64,000 nucleotides of DNA from Parcubacteria group bacterium (GTDB taxonomy: Bacteria > Patescibacteriota > Minisyncoccia > UBA6257 > JACRHW01), in NCBI GenBank assembly GCA_016217555.1, contig JACRHW010000023.1:466-64465 (forward strand), written 5' to 3'. The notes beneath the pieces are model-generated. The model was not told the DNA's origin. It was given only the letters and a program-made list of their open reading frames with translations, and did not search any database. Below are positions 48,890 to 59,934 of this stretch, one piece after another (position 1 is the first letter of the stretch; each line of letters begins with the position of its first letter). Made by a program: the position numbers and the translations under genes.

Positions 48890-49917
48890 GAGGTAATTTC
48901 CTCGTCAGATTCGTCACTAGTCAAAGCAGCAAGGGGCTGCTCCGCCTTCAAAAGTTTATCAGAAAAACGATGCAAACGCTTTTCCGAATCTTCATAGGCA
49001 GAACGCATATTAGTAAGATGTTTCCCTAGTGTAAGAAAACGCTCTTCAAATTTTCTATAATCATCTCGCAATCGAGATAAGTGATTCAAGATCTCCTGTG
49101 TCTGATGCTCAATCTGCATACCTCGCAATCCGATTAACACTGTTTGAAGATACGTGTACAGTGTGCTCGGGGAAACGGGAATAACATGTTTTTTGAAAGC
49201 ATATTCCAAGAGGGTATCCTCACCTCGTACGATACACTCATAGTAGATGTGCTCAGAGGGTACGTACATAAAGGCTATCTCGAGCGTGTGCTCGTCAGGA
49301 AGAATATACTTCTTATTCACCTCGTCAATTCTATTTTTTACCGAACGCACGAACGCCTTTCGAAATGCTGCCTTCTCCTCATCTCCCTCCGCAGCATTAA
49401 AACGTACGAAATCTTCAAGAGGAAACTTTGAATCAATCGATACAAGTTTATCCTTAAACATCACCACCGCATCAACCGTCTCACCTGTCTTAAACGTATG
49501 TTGTTCCTCAAAATGCTCTTTAGGAAGTATCTCAACAAGAAGCTGAGAAAGCATAAGCTCCCCCAACCCACCCCTCATTTTAGGTACAGAGAGAATGTCT
49601 TTGAGCGAAGAAATATCCTTTGCCACCTCACTTACCTTTGTGATCTCCTGCCCCATAGAGTGAATACGCGCCTGAAATAGTTCACTTGAATGGCGCATAC
49701 TCTCGTGCCCCTCGCGAAGACGCGTGTTCATTTGTGTTGTTAAATCATTCATCTGCTGAAATAAAAGCGCATTCATACGATGTGCCTCGGCAGTAGTAGT
49801 TTGAAGATGTACCGCAAACTTCTCATCACGATGTTTTGAGTTGAGAGAAAACGTGTACAAAAAATAACACAGGACAAGAAATCCTAAGAATAAGATACCT
49901 AGCAATAGTTGGGTCAT
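48886..49917 (-). CDS. rmuC: DNA recombination protein RmuC
   Basis: N-terminal TM; RGGLGE, IDSKFP, AFMYVPSE, SPSTL. Confidence 0.93.
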   Translation of the reverse strand: MTQLLLGILFLGFLVLCYFLYTFSLNSKHRDEKFAVHLQTTTAEAHRMNALLFQQMNDLTTQMNTRLREGHESMRHSSELFQARIHSMGQEITKVSEVAKDISSLKDILSVPKMRGGLGELMLSQLLVEILPKEHFEEQHTFKTGETVDAVVMFKDKLVSIDSKFPLEDFVRFNAAEGDEEKAAFRKAFVRSVKNRIDEVNKKYILPDEHTLEIAFMYVPSEHIYYECIVRGEDTLLEYAFKKHVIPVSPSTLYTYLQTVLIGLRGMQIEHQTQEILNHLSRLRDDYRKFEERFLTLGKHLTNMRSAYEDSEKRLHRFSDKLLKAEQPLAALTSDESDEEITS

Positions 49918-50990
49918 TACAATTTGTCTTTATACTTTTCTAGAAATTCACGAAATTCACCGTCTAAACGCGTAGGGAATTTAAGGTGAACCTCTATGAT
50001 AAGTTTACCACGGCGAGAGGAGTTGAGGTGAGGAAATCCCCTTCCCTCGAACGTTACCACCTGTGGGGTTGCCTTGAATGGCTGTACATGAATACGAAGC
50101 TTCTCCCCATCGATATTCTCGAAACTAACCTCCTTCCCTAAAAGTGCCTCTGCCACGTTTACTGTAATTGCAGACATGGTATCAGCTCCATGACGAATAA
50201 ATCGCGTGTGTGGTTTTATATGAATACGAAGATAAAGATCGCCCGTACCCACCCCCCTCTCACCCGCTGAACCTGCACCCACTACTTTAATAATTTGTCC
50301 GTCATCGATACCCGCATTGATATCGACCGACAATTCTTTGCGTTTCTTTATGCGTCCAGCACCTCTACAAACATTGCACTCCTTCTCAGGTACATTTCCC
50401 TTCCCACGACAGACACTGCAGGTCACCACCTTTGCAAAAGTACCAAAAAAACTTTTCTTTGTTTCACGAATCTCTCCGCGCCCATTACATTCTGTACATT
50501 GTTTCGTCTTTGAAGAAAGTGCGCCTGTTCCCTTACAATCAACACATGAAATAAAATCATCAAAGGAAAGTTTCTTCGTAATACCCTTAAACGCCTCTTC
50601 GAAAGTCATCTCAACCTCTTGTACAATGTCATTCCCTTTCTCACGAGTTCTTCGTCGCTGTGAAAGCCCAATATCTTCAAAGAGATCCCCGAACATATCT
50701 CCCAACCCCGAAGCATCAAACCCCTCGAAATTAAAACCACCCGACTGAAAATCGAAGTCACCAAAACCCCCCTGACCCTGCGAACCAGGTGCTGTACCAA
50801 ATTGATCATAATGCTGACGCTTGCCTTTATCAGAAAGCACCTGATACGCCTCAGTTACCTCTTTAAATTTCTGCTCATTTCCGCCCGCACGATCAGGGTG
50901 ATGTTCCCGTGCAAGTTTTCGATACGCCTTTTTAATCTCCTCCTCTGAGGAATTTTTTGAAACACCTAAAATAGAATAAAAATCTTTCAT
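49917..50990 (-). CDS. dnaJ: Chaperone DnaJ
   Basis: J domain HPD, G/F region, four CxxCxGxG. Confidence 0.97.
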   Translation of the reverse strand: MKDFYSILGVSKNSSEEEIKKAYRKLAREHHPDRAGGNEQKFKEVTEAYQVLSDKGKRQHYDQFGTAPGSQGQGGFGDFDFQSGGFNFEGFDASGLGDMFGDLFEDIGLSQRRRTREKGNDIVQEVEMTFEEAFKGITKKLSFDDFISCVDCKGTGALSSKTKQCTECNGRGEIRETKKSFFGTFAKVVTCSVCRGKGNVPEKECNVCRGAGRIKKRKELSVDINAGIDDGQIIKVVGAGSAGERGVGTGDLYLRIHIKPHTRFIRHGADTMSAITVNVAEALLGKEVSFENIDGEKLRIHVQPFKATPQVVTFEGRGFPHLNSSRRGKLIIEVHLKFPTRLDGEFREFLEKYKDKL

Positions 50991-51000
50991 AGTTTGTTAA

Positions 51001-51161
51001 TTTAAATTGCACCACACCTATCTCTCACACGTTCGCCACTCCAGCGGTGGCTCACTCTTCCGCAGGCGCTTCGTTGTCAATCCAATTCGTTTCACTCAGG
51101 ATTGACAACACCCAGCTTCGCACCTACGGAATGGTTCGAGATAGGTGTACCGCAATTTAAA
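51001..51161 (-). repeat. Structured ~161-nt dispersed element, copy 2
   Basis: Core matches 3076-3238; the terminal stem has a different sequence but still pairs. Confidence 0.85.
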
Positions 51162-51167
51162 ATATCG

Positions 51168-52196
51168 TTATGAAAGTAAAAGTGTCTCTTTACTTCGCGG
51201 TTCGAATTGAATAGTTACGATACCTATGATTATCAAAAGCTCAAGAAAAATGTATCCTACCACAAGAACTCCCCAATACACAAAAATACCGAAACTCCTC
51301 ACGATAAGAAAACCAAGTACTCCGATAGCAACAAGAAATAACGGCGTCTCTTTAAAGCCCTGCGGAATTATTTTTTCATTGATACTGCTATATGCCACAT
51401 CATAAAGGGACGTTGAGGGTTCAACGCGGGATCCTGTAAACTCCTCCCACTTGCCCCCCAGCTCCTTAACCACATCACGCACTATCTGCTTTTTTTGTGC
51501 TTTCACTTGGGGTGTATTTAAATCTATACCTGCTCCAAGGGATTCTTTTGCATATACATCAAATCTTCGTTCTGCCTCCTGCTTCAGAAAAGCGTCAAAT
51601 TCTAATCCTCCACTAAATCCTGGCAAGAACTTTTGAATAATAGGCATCGTGGAATCAATCATGTCTCGTACATACACCTCTGGGAGAACTACTCGTTTAG
51701 TAGCAACTCCAAACATGCTCATATAAAGCATTACAAGGAACAAGGCGAGTGCATTAAGATACCACCCCATACCACCACGAATTACCTTACTCCACCGTAT
51801 CTTAAGCCCCTCTTCTTTTTCATGAAATATCAAATGACCTCCCCACATCACTGCAAAGATAATGAGTGTTAAAAAGAGAATATCAAGAACATCCTTTGGA
51901 AAAAAAGCTGCTCCTATGGACAATCCCACCACACCCACAATATGCACAATAACAACCAGCCTCCTTTCTGTAAAAAGAAGTGCGCTCAAACAAAGAAAAG
52001 AAAGAAAAATAATACTGCCACCCAAAAACCACCACGAGCTCGACATTCCAAATAAAGGAATAAGCGAGAGCGTTCTTCCTCCTAAAAAACCGAGAACCAA
52101 CGCGGTAACAAAAATAAACACAACGCCAAGAAACGCCTTAATAGGCGTCCTGGTTTTTTCTATATTACTATTCAGTTCCTTCTTTTTTAGGTTCAT
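51168..52196 (-). CDS. Hypothetical multi-pass membrane protein between dnaK and dnaJ
   Basis: 342-aa ORF, several TM helices around a soluble domain; start uncertain (overlaps the dnaK end). Confidence 0.75.
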   Translation of the reverse strand: MNLKKKELNSNIEKTRTPIKAFLGVVFIFVTALVLGFLGGRTLSLIPLFGMSSSWWFLGGSIIFLSFLCLSALLFTERRLVVIVHIVGVVGLSIGAAFFPKDVLDILFLTLIIFAVMWGGHLIFHEKEEGLKIRWSKVIRGGMGWYLNALALFLVMLYMSMFGVATKRVVLPEVYVRDMIDSTMPIIQKFLPGFSGGLEFDAFLKQEAERRFDVYAKESLGAGIDLNTPQVKAQKKQIVRDVVKELGGKWEEFTGSRVEPSTSLYDVAYSSINEKIIPQGFKETPLFLVAIGVLGFLIVRSFGIFVYWGVLVVGYIFLELLIIIGIVTIQFEPRSKETLLLS

Positions 52197-54057
52197 CTTT
52201 TACTTCTTCTTTTGGTTCAGTGGTAGCGTCGGACGCTGGAGTGCCCTCCTTCGCTTTTTCCTCATACATCTTTGCACCAATACGTGAGAGAGCCTGAGAA
52301 AGTTTTTCTGTGGTACTCTTTATCTCGTCCCCATTATCCCCCTCTTTTGTCTTCTTTAAAAGCTCTATAAGCTCTTGTAACTCCTTCTTATCCTCATCAC
52401 TCACTTTTTCTGCCATCTCGCGCAATGTTTTTTCAGCCATGTGTATCATACCTTCTGCTACATTGCGCGCCTCAACAAGTTCCTTCTTTTTCTTATCCTC
52501 ATCAGCGTGCAAGGCTGCATCTTTTTTCATTCGCTCTATCTCTGCATCAGAAAGCCCAGTAGATGCCTCAATGCGTACTGATTGTGTTTTTTGTGTCGCC
52601 TTATCTTTTGCAGAAACATTGAGAATGCCATTCGCATCAACATCAAAAGATACTTCGACTTGCGGTATCCCACGAGGCGCGGGAGGAAGTCCATCAAGCA
52701 CAAATCGTGCCAGCGTTCTATTATCTCCCGCCATCTCACGCTCACCCTGCAATACATGGATCTCTACAGAGGGCTGATTGTCACTTGCGGTAGAAAACAC
52801 CTGCGCACGACTTGTTGGAATTGTTGTGTTTTTCTCAATGACTTTCGTAAATACACCGCCCAACGTCTCAATACCAAGTGAAAGCGGAGTCACATCAAGA
52901 AGAAGAACATCCTTTACATCGCCCTGCAAAATACCCGCTTGAACGGCTGCTCCGATCGCAACCACCTCGTCGGGGTTGATACCTTGATGGGGCTCCTTGC
53001 CAAACAACGCCTTAACTGCCTCCTGAATTGCGGGCATACGCGTCTGCCCACCTACAAGAATGACCTCATTTACATCACTTAGTTTGTATCCCGCCTCCTC
53101 AACCGTCTTTCTAGTAAGCTCGATGGATTTATCAATTAGGGTACGTACCAGACCCTCAAGGGTTGCGCGAGATACCTTTACTTCAAAGTGCTTTGGACCT
53201 GATGCATCCGAGGTAATAAAAGGGAGATTTACCTCCGATTCAATACTTGTCGAAAGTTCATGCTTGAGACGCTCTGCCGCTTCCTTAAGACGCTGAATAG
53301 CGAGACTATCTTTTGTAAGATCGATCCCCTCACGTTTCTTAAACTCCCCAACAAGATACTCAATGATAATCTTATCGAAGTCATCACCTCCAAGGTGAAC
53401 ATCGCCTCCGGTACGTTTTACTTCGATAACATCATCTCCTATCTCGAGCACGGATATATCAAATGTACCCCCACCAAAATCATACACCACAATTTTCTCA
53501 TCCTTCTTTTTATTTAATCCATATGCGAGAGCAGCAGCGGTTGGCTCATTCAATATCCTTTTTACTTTGAGTCCCGCAATCTCTCCAGCATTTTTTGTTG
53601 CCTGACGCTCTGCATCACCAAAATAAGCAGGAACGGTAATAATAACCTCATCGATCGTTTCTCCTATTTTTGCCTCCGCGTCCGCCTTAAGCTTCTGAAG
53701 CACCATTGCAGAAATCTCCTCTGGCCGGTGCCAAGCCTCTCCCATCTTAATCTCCACCCCACTGTTTGAAGCTGCCCTCAAGTCATACGAAAGCCATTTC
53801 TTATCACGCTGCACCTCCTCATCAGTAAATTTTCTTCCAATTAAGCGCTTCACAGAATAAATCGTATTTTTCGGATTTGTTACCGCCTGACGTTTTGCAA
53901 GAAGCCCTACCACGCGCTCCCCTGATTTTGAAAGCGAAACCACGGAGGGGGTAGTTCTATTTCCTTCCGCGTTCTCTAAAATTTTTGGCGTACCTGCTTC
54001 AATAACTGCGATCGCTGAATTTGTTGTACCAAGATCAATACCTAATATTTTTGACAT
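52168..54057 (-). CDS. dnaK: Chaperone DnaK
   Basis: [41 protein letters not shown]. Confidence 0.99.
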   Translation of the reverse strand: MSKILGIDLGTTNSAIAVIEAGTPKILENAEGNRTTPSVVSLSKSGERVVGLLAKRQAVTNPKNTIYSVKRLIGRKFTDEEVQRDKKWLSYDLRAASNSGVEIKMGEAWHRPEEISAMVLQKLKADAEAKIGETIDEVIITVPAYFGDAERQATKNAGEIAGLKVKRILNEPTAAALAYGLNKKKDEKIVVYDFGGGTFDISVLEIGDDVIEVKRTGGDVHLGGDDFDKIIIEYLVGEFKKREGIDLTKDSLAIQRLKEAAERLKHELSTSIESEVNLPFITSDASGPKHFEVKVSRATLEGLVRTLIDKSIELTRKTVEEAGYKLSDVNEVILVGGQTRMPAIQEAVKALFGKEPHQGINPDEVVAIGAAVQAGILQGDVKDVLLLDVTPLSLGIETLGGVFTKVIEKNTTIPTSRAQVFSTASDNQPSVEIHVLQGEREMAGDNRTLARFVLDGLPPAPRGIPQVEVSFDVDANGILNVSAKDKATQKTQSVRIEASTGLSDAEIERMKKDAALHADEDKKKKELVEARNVAEGMIHMAEKTLREMAEKVSDEDKKELQELIELLKKTKEGDNGDEIKSTTEKLSQALSRIGAKMYEEKAKEGTPASDATTEPKEEVKDEPKKEGTE

Positions 54058-54075
54058 ACAAATGATTATGTTTAT

Positions 54076-54546
54076 TTATTTTGCGACTTTAACTTTTGTT
54101 GATCGAATTACATTGCCATGAAGGGTATATCCCTTTTGCATAACCTCCAAAATAGTTCCACTCGGCTTGTCTGAATCTATCACCTCAATTGCCTCGTGAA
54201 GAAAAAGATCAGGTACGGTATCTACTATGGTGACAATTTCTTCAATTCCATAACGTTTTAGCACACCCTTCATTTGATCTTCTATTCTTCCTAACTCCTT
54301 TACAAGTCCTTCATCTTTTAATGATCGTCGTGCCGCATCAAAACTATCAAGCACCACAAGAAGATCTGTCGTAATATCCCTCATCCCCATCTTCCTAAAA
54401 TCTTCAAACCTCATCTTCTCCTCCTTCTGAAAATTAAGATAGTCGGCGCGCGCCCTCTGCCATCCCATTAAATATTCTTCGCGTTCACGTTTTAACTTTT
54501 CTATATCTTCCGTTGGAATATCATTGTTTATATTTTCTTCATCCAT
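54076..54546 (-). CDS. grpE: Nucleotide exchange factor GrpE
   Basis: RARADYLN, HEAI, QKGY...VIR..KVKV. Confidence 0.95.
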   Translation of the reverse strand: MDEENINNDIPTEDIEKLKREREEYLMGWQRARADYLNFQKEEKMRFEDFRKMGMRDITTDLLVVLDSFDAARRSLKDEGLVKELGRIEDQMKGVLKRYGIEEIVTIVDTVPDLFLHEAIEVIDSDKPSGTILEVMQKGYTLHGNVIRSTKVKVAK

Positions 54547-54547
54547 A

Positions 54548-54604
54548 TTTTAGCTTGTTAGCTTGTTAGCTCTTGGATTCTTCGTCCTAGGAAGCTAACA
54601 AACT
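54548..54604. repeat. Inverted heptamer/octamer-repeat hairpin in the grpE leader
   Basis: TTTTAGCTTGTTAGCTTGTTAGCTCTTGG...CCTAGGAAGCTAACAAACT. Confidence 0.7.
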
Positions 54605-54606
54605 GG

Positions 54607-55314
54607 TTACATTTTTTCTAAAAATTGTTTTGATGCTTCTAAGAATGACATATTTCTTTTGTAAGGCATACGCTTTGAACCAATTAAGACCGTTACTCCG
54701 TCAAAATCAGCATTATGCATCGTGAGGAGAAGTACTGCAAGGTCTTTGCTATCAGTAACAGGGCTCTTCTCTCCAATAAATACCTCTAAATACTCCTCGT
54801 TATTTCGCTTGCTCTTGAACTCTTCCAATCGTTCATTGAGACGTTCGATATCACGCACAATAGCTCGTATCGTCTCTGGGGAATCAGTATCAAGATGAGA
54901 AAATAAATCATCAAGTCCCGCCTGATAGCTCACCTCATCTACGTGCACATTACAAAAACTATCACACGTATTTGCTGCAAATTGCGCAAAATTATAAAAG
55001 AAATGCTGATTGGGGTCTACGGAAACAAACTCGTGCTCAAGCGAATCTGAAAAATGATCGGGTTGGAGTGTATCTACGACAAACTCCTCAACAAACCACT
55101 GTAATGCCCGATCTGTTGGATATCGCCCTCCCGAAGTATAAGGTTGATACAAATATCCAAGTTCATCAAGACGGGCAAGTTCATTCCTCAATGTTGCAGA
55201 ACTCAATTCAAAACCACCCCTATCAAAAAGACGCCCAGATGTAATCGCATCATTATCATGCAGATATACATCAAGTGCGAGCTTCAAAATATGCCCCTGC
55301 CGATCTGTAATCAT
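54607..55314 (-). CDS. hrcA: Heat-inducible repressor HrcA (short form)
   Basis: SSATLRNEL..L...GYL.QPYTSGGR.PTD; IG.KRM.Y; upstream of grpE-dnaK with CIRCE. Confidence 0.92.
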   Translation of the reverse strand: MITDRQGHILKLALDVYLHDNDAITSGRLFDRGGFELSSATLRNELARLDELGYLYQPYTSGGRYPTDRALQWFVEEFVVDTLQPDHFSDSLEHEFVSVDPNQHFFYNFAQFAANTCDSFCNVHVDEVSYQAGLDDLFSHLDTDSPETIRAIVRDIERLNERLEEFKSKRNNEEYLEVFIGEKSPVTDSKDLAVLLLTMHNADFDGVTVLIGSKRMPYKRNMSFLEASKQFLEKM

Positions 55315-55375
55315 ATGTTGAGCTTATAGGTTTTAGCTTCTAGCTATTAGGACGACAAGAATAAAACCTACCTAT

Positions 55376-55403
55376 ATTTTAGCAATTAGCACTCTAATGT
55401 CAA
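55376..55403 (-). promoter_or_regulatory. sigma70 promoter of the hrcA operon, overlapping CIRCE
   Basis: TTGACA (inside the CIRCE spacer)-N16-TAAAAT with an extended TG. Confidence 0.6.
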
Positions 55404-55412
55404 GAGTGCTAA
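55386..55412. promoter_or_regulatory. CIRCE operator for hrcA-grpE-dnaK
   Basis: Perfect TTAGCACTC-TAATGTCAA-GAGTGCTAA. Confidence 0.97.
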
Positions 55413-55445
55413 CTCAACTGTCCTAAACTAGCCTGCTCTCTTTTA

Positions 55446-55475
55446 ATGTCATTCCCGCTTGTGCGGGAATGACAT
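55446..55475. repeat. Perfect 13-bp-arm palindrome (dRS3/RPE-like)
   Basis: ATGTCATTCCCGC-TTGT-GCGGGAATGACAT. Confidence 0.65.
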
Positions 55476-55497
55476 GAGTATATTTATATAAAAATAG

Positions 55498-55518
55498 AAA
55501 AGCCCTTGCTGGGCTTTT
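55498..55518 (-). terminator. Intrinsic terminator
   Basis: AAAAGCCC-TTGCT-GGGCTTTT. Confidence 0.55.
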
Positions 55519-55523
55519 GTTGA

Positions 55524-55778
55524 TTACTTATAAATGGGGAGTACAATAACGTCCTTTGTCGTTTTGTGTACAAGATGAACTTCATATTCCTCATCACAAA
55601 CCTTAGTTAAAACAAAATAGAGAAGCTCCAACGCAACCCTGACGACCACACTTCGACTCTGGGAAGTATTTGTACACAACTCCTCAAGAACCTTTTTTGT
55701 CTTCTCGAATAAAAAAATATTAATGTGCATTGTCTTTCCCTCTTCTTGCACGCTATCATCCTCCTTCTTTTGAGACAA
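55524..55778 (-). CDS. Small ribbon-helix-helix (CopG-like) protein
   Basis: HINIFL.E.....LEEL......SRS.VVR.AL. Confidence 0.6.
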   Translation of the reverse strand: MSQKKEDDSVQEEGKTMHINIFLFEKTKKVLEELCTNTSQSRSVVVRVALELLYFVLTKVCDEEYEVHLVHKTTKDVIVLPIYK

Positions 55779-55832
55779 AGAACTACTGTAGTATATAACA
55801 GAACTTATGCTTTTTGTCGAATCACCAACTAA

Positions 55833-58800
55833 TTAGCGATTAGTATTCTTTGCACGTTTTAGGATGATTGCGCAGAGAAGAATGAGTATAATGAGACCCA
55901 ATAATTTCCATAGCGTAACACGATCACGTATACCGCCACTATATAAAGTATTGATAATCGTCTCCCGAAATCCTATTGGTTTTAATTCAATGGTGCGCGT
56001 AAGAAGCTGTGATTCTACCTTAAATATCTCAGTTTTAACATCAGTATATCCCAATTTTGAGGCGGTAAGATAATAAGTGCCCTGTGGTACAAAAAAGGCA
56101 AATACACCATCGCCTCCTGTGATATATGGGTTTTTTTGTGCATAGGATATTGCATTCCATAACGTAAATGCATTCGTATGCTCATCTTGCTTATAAAGCC
56201 TGACGTACGCATTGGGTATACGCCACTCCTCTCCCCCTCGCTTGGTATAAACATACCCGGATGGATCAACAAGTATGTTTGTTGTAATCTCCTTTGAACT
56301 CCCATCCTTGTAAAGCACCGACACTGTTGCCTCGTATGCCCCCCTTTCCTGTGGGGCAACGACGTGTGCTGAAAAAGTATCTTTCATTTCAGTAGGTGCG
56401 AGCAAATATGAGGTAGTATCAAAATGAAGGGTAATAGCTTTAACTGATGCCTGTGCCTGATCCTGAAGAAGAGAAAAGATAAGAGGAGTTTCTGTGGTAG
56501 TTTCAATCGGATTCGAAGAAGTAACTGTGTGTATCATCTCACGCCCACCTATATCAGTGATAATAGAAAGAAAGGGGGGTGTCGGAGAAATATTTTGTTC
56601 AAAAGGTTTGGATGGTGTCGTGGAAATCAACGAAGGTGTGTTAACAACGAAAGTTTCGATAGATGGTGTGGTTAAGGTCGGTGTAGGGGTTGCAACAATA
56701 GCACCCGAAGCCACATTACCCTTCGTGTCTATCGTAAAAATACTATAATAATATTTCTTGCCCTGTTGTGCAGTAGTATCAGTTGCCTGTTGTGCTTTTC
56801 CTTCGAATATCACCGTACCTTCTTGAAGAGTAAGCGGGTAGAATGTTTCGCTGCGCACCACTTTTATTGTTTTAAGTTCCGATTGGGGAGGATTTTGCCA
56901 TTCGAGGAGGAGAGCATCTTGTTGTGACGAAATCTCAACATTTTTTACATTTGATACGGATGTTTGATTTTTAAAAAGATTAAGGTCGAGAAGATCAGGA
57001 ACAAGAATGTTGAGTTTTGCTAGTGTATTTTTTAACACCTTTCCATAGACAGGACTTCCTTCGCAAGCGATACCCTGTATGCACTGAAACTCTCCCACCG
57101 CCCCCTCTGTTTTTGGACCAAAAAAAGGAGAGATCGGTCCGGAGTACAATCCTGATTTTGCAAGAAAACTTTTAAGAACATATACATCATCGCCCTGACT
57201 TCCAAGCACAAGGGGACGAAGAAATGCGAGCTGTGGGGGAAGCTCTGGAACGATGGGTTGTGTGGAGGTTGGCGTTGTTTGTTGTTGATTTTGTGAAGGA
57301 GGTGTGGGTGCGGGACCAACAATGATAGGAGTACTATTACTCACAACAGGTGGGGCGGGGGTTATGGTGAGAGACACAGTATGAGAGTTGAACAATGCAC
57401 CCAGCGCAAGAGAGAGTGGGTTGACCACAAAAAGACGGGTGGTCGAAAACGCACCATAATCAGTGTAACCACCCGTCGAAGCTTTTGCCGCTGCACGCCA
57501 ACAATAATTTGCGTTTGATAATCCAGTACGAATTAAATATGCACTTTGAGCACCACCCGAGGTATTATAGATTCCCGTACCACTCCAACCCGGCGTAGAG
57601 GTGGAGTCAAGTGTAGTAATCCCAGAAGAAAATGTCTCTGAAGCACAATTGGTGTCATTACGTGTGACGTATTGAAGACGTACATTGAGAGTACGCGCAT
57701 CACCATCATTCACAGTCATGCCAAAAAATACCGATGAGCCGGTGGTAATACCATCACTAGGGTCGAGAGCAGTAGTGGTGGGCTGAGCACCAAAAACGAT
57801 AGTACCAACACCACCCGACAGTCGACCAGCTATTCCGGCATTGACTGCCCGCATAGAAGTATCCGCCAAACGATTCGTAAAATAAATAGCAATCCGGCCA
57901 CCACCACCAGCGCCACCGGTTGTACTCGTTGAATTACCCCCATTAGCGACGACGGAACCACTCCCCGTCAGCAGACCAGTGTTGATATATACCGATCCAC
58001 CGGCCCCACCACCACCCTGATCGGAACCAGCCACACCATTGGTGGTGATTGACCCATCGAGAGTCAATGTACCAGACAAAGCAAATCGAATAGCGCCACC
58101 ACCAGCGCCACCACCAGCGCCACCACCGCCGCCAGAACCCAAATCAGTCGGTGTCGTTGCACTGTCGTAAATTGCACCAGCCGTTCCTGCTGAACCTTCA
58201 CCCCAATTACCGGCTGCGCCAGCACCACCATGGCCGCCACCGCCACCACCATATCCGCCACAGCTTCTATCACCGCCACCGCCTGGACCACTACCACCCG
58301 ATCCGCCACAACTTATGCTACCAACGTAACCCTGGCCGTTAGCAGTAATGCTTGCACCACTGTCAACCTGCATATTAGTAGCAGTGATAACCACACCAAC
58401 CCCACCCGATACAGCATTTGTATTCTTACCACCCAAAGTCACGGTTGAGGTTCCCACAATGTTCAATGCACCAGACACTGTCAGATCTGATGCGCCACCA
58501 AGCGTCATTAAACTACTACTGACCGTGACGGTTGATCCAGCCGTAATCGGTGAGGTTGTACCGGTGATGAATGTGCCACCACCATCAACAATAATCGTCG
58601 AACCAACAGTGATAGGCGAATTGGCACCGATAGTCAATGAACCGCCGTTTACAGCTAGCGTCCCCGCAAGAATGATCGTTGAACTATCACCAGTCAACAC
58701 CGTTCCACCACTAGCCACAACCAGAGTCTGAATTGCCAGAGTAGTAGAAGCAGGATATACAAAGTTTTTGTAAACCGACAACCTTCGCGTGGCATCGGTT

Positions 58801-59843
58801 AGATGCCCCGACAAATCAGTTACCTGGAAAAAGCCAGTTGTACCTGCGTTCGAAGTCAAACTAAAATTAGTGCCTCCATTAGCAGTTGAAGCAGTGAATC
58901 CGGCAAAGCTGTTGTTGGTAACATAGTAAACTGCCACTCTTCCACCGCCACCAGCGGTATTGCCGATATGGCCAGCATCACTTGAATATCCACTACTACC
59001 CCCATTCGCCACCAGACTCCCTGAACCGGTCAACGTTCCTACTGTCACATAGATTGATCCACCAGAGCCTCCACCAGCGGCGCCATTTCTGCTTCCCCCA
59101 CTAGTCCCGTTGGCGGTAATGGTTCCATTGAGCGTCAGCGTATTAGTCACACTCAGACGAATTGCGCCACCACCAGTACCACCAAACGCACCGCCACTAG
59201 TACAGCAACTACCGGAACCACCCGATCCAAAATCGATTGGTGCCACTGAGGAACCATATGTGGCCTCCGGTGTATTGGGCCCATTGCCCGCTCCGCCATA
59301 TGTCCCACCATTACCATCGTTGTTACAGTTGAGTGGTCCACCACCTGGACCAACACCTGCCGATGAACAGTTGGTGCCGGCAAAACCCTGTCCATCAGCG
59401 ACAATCAATGCCCCACTGGCAACAGACACGTAGGCAAATGAGACTGGAATCTTCGCGCCGCTCGATCCATAAATCTCACTGCCAACAACGAGTCGTCCTG
59501 AGCCAAGAATCGTCAGTGTGCCACCACCGTTAAATGACCAGCCACTCGATTCGTATGTACAACCATGATCACCCACACCAGTACTGTTGAGCGACATACC
59601 ACTCGTACCGCCAATAGTAAGGGTAACACCATCATTAATAGTAAGATTACCGATGTTTGAAGGAATATCACTCGCGTCACACCAGATGGTATTTGTTGAG
59701 ATAGTAGAATCGGTTGCAAAAACACGCGGAATATAATGAAAAGAAAGAACAACAACAACAGATAGTATTACAAAAAAAACAATACTGATATGAAAAAATC
59801 GTTTATGTGTTACTATATTCAATAATTTTTTTATGGAAAACAT
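55833..59843 (-). CDS. Large Gly-rich surface protein with peptidoglycan-binding, FN3-like and carboxypeptidase-regulatory-like domains and a C-terminal TM anchor
   Basis: Signal peptide (VFA|T); two Gly-rich repeat blocks; L.LGSQG.DV..L...FGPKT..AV..FQ; LEWQNP; DPSGYVY...NP..T..DG.F.F.VP.G.YYL; TM plus basic tail. Confidence 0.85.
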   Translation of the reverse strand: MFSIKKLLNIVTHKRFFHISIVFFVILSVVVVLSFHYIPRVFATDSTISTNTIWCDASDIPSNIGNLTINDGVTLTIGGTSGMSLNSTGVGDHGCTYESSGWSFNGGGTLTILGSGRLVVGSEIYGSSGAKIPVSFAYVSVASGALIVADGQGFAGTNCSSAGVGPGGGPLNCNNDGNGGTYGGAGNGPNTPEATYGSSVAPIDFGSGGSGSCCTSGGAFGGTGGGAIRLSVTNTLTLNGTITANGTSGGSRNGAAGGGSGGSIYVTVGTLTGSGSLVANGGSSGYSSDAGHIGNTAGGGGRVAVYYVTNNSFAGFTASTANGGTNFSLTSNAGTTGFFQVTDLSGHLTDATRRLSVYKNFVYPASTTLAIQTLVVASGGTVLTGDSSTIILAGTLAVNGGSLTIGANSPITVGSTIIVDGGGTFITGTTSPITAGSTVTVSSSLMTLGGASDLTVSGALNIVGTSTVTLGGKNTNAVSGGVGVVITATNMQVDSGASITANGQGYVGSISCGGSGGSGPGGGGDRSCGGYGGGGGGHGGAGAAGNWGEGSAGTAGAIYDSATTPTDLGSGGGGGAGGGAGGGAIRFALSGTLTLDGSITTNGVAGSDQGGGGAGGSVYINTGLLTGSGSVVANGGNSTSTTGGAGGGGRIAIYFTNRLADTSMRAVNAGIAGRLSGGVGTIVFGAQPTTTALDPSDGITTGSSVFFGMTVNDGDARTLNVRLQYVTRNDTNCASETFSSGITTLDSTSTPGWSGTGIYNTSGGAQSAYLIRTGLSNANYCWRAAAKASTGGYTDYGAFSTTRLFVVNPLSLALGALFNSHTVSLTITPAPPVVSNSTPIIVGPAPTPPSQNQQQTTPTSTQPIVPELPPQLAFLRPLVLGSQGDDVYVLKSFLAKSGLYSGPISPFFGPKTEGAVGEFQCIQGIACEGSPVYGKVLKNTLAKLNILVPDLLDLNLFKNQTSVSNVKNVEISSQQDALLLEWQNPPQSELKTIKVVRSETFYPLTLQEGTVIFEGKAQQATDTTAQQGKKYYYSIFTIDTKGNVASGAIVATPTPTLTTPSIETFVVNTPSLISTTPSKPFEQNISPTPPFLSIITDIGGREMIHTVTSSNPIETTTETPLIFSLLQDQAQASVKAITLHFDTTSYLLAPTEMKDTFSAHVVAPQERGAYEATVSVLYKDGSSKEITTNILVDPSGYVYTKRGGEEWRIPNAYVRLYKQDEHTNAFTLWNAISYAQKNPYITGGDGVFAFFVPQGTYYLTASKLGYTDVKTEIFKVESQLLTRTIELKPIGFRETIINTLYSGGIRDRVTLWKLLGLIILILLCAIILKRAKNTNR

Positions 59844-59934
59844 GTTCAGTAAAAAATCAAAATCCAAAGGTCAAAACTACAACGCAAAACCTAAAACTAG
59901 TAACTCCTAAAAGCTAACAGCTATGGGCTAAAAG

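Noticed and set aside
57300-59700. Locally higher GC as evidence of a horizontally acquired island
   Set aside because: Largely explained by Gly/Ala-rich codons; there are no boundary repeats or mobility genes, and GC3 could not be computed here.
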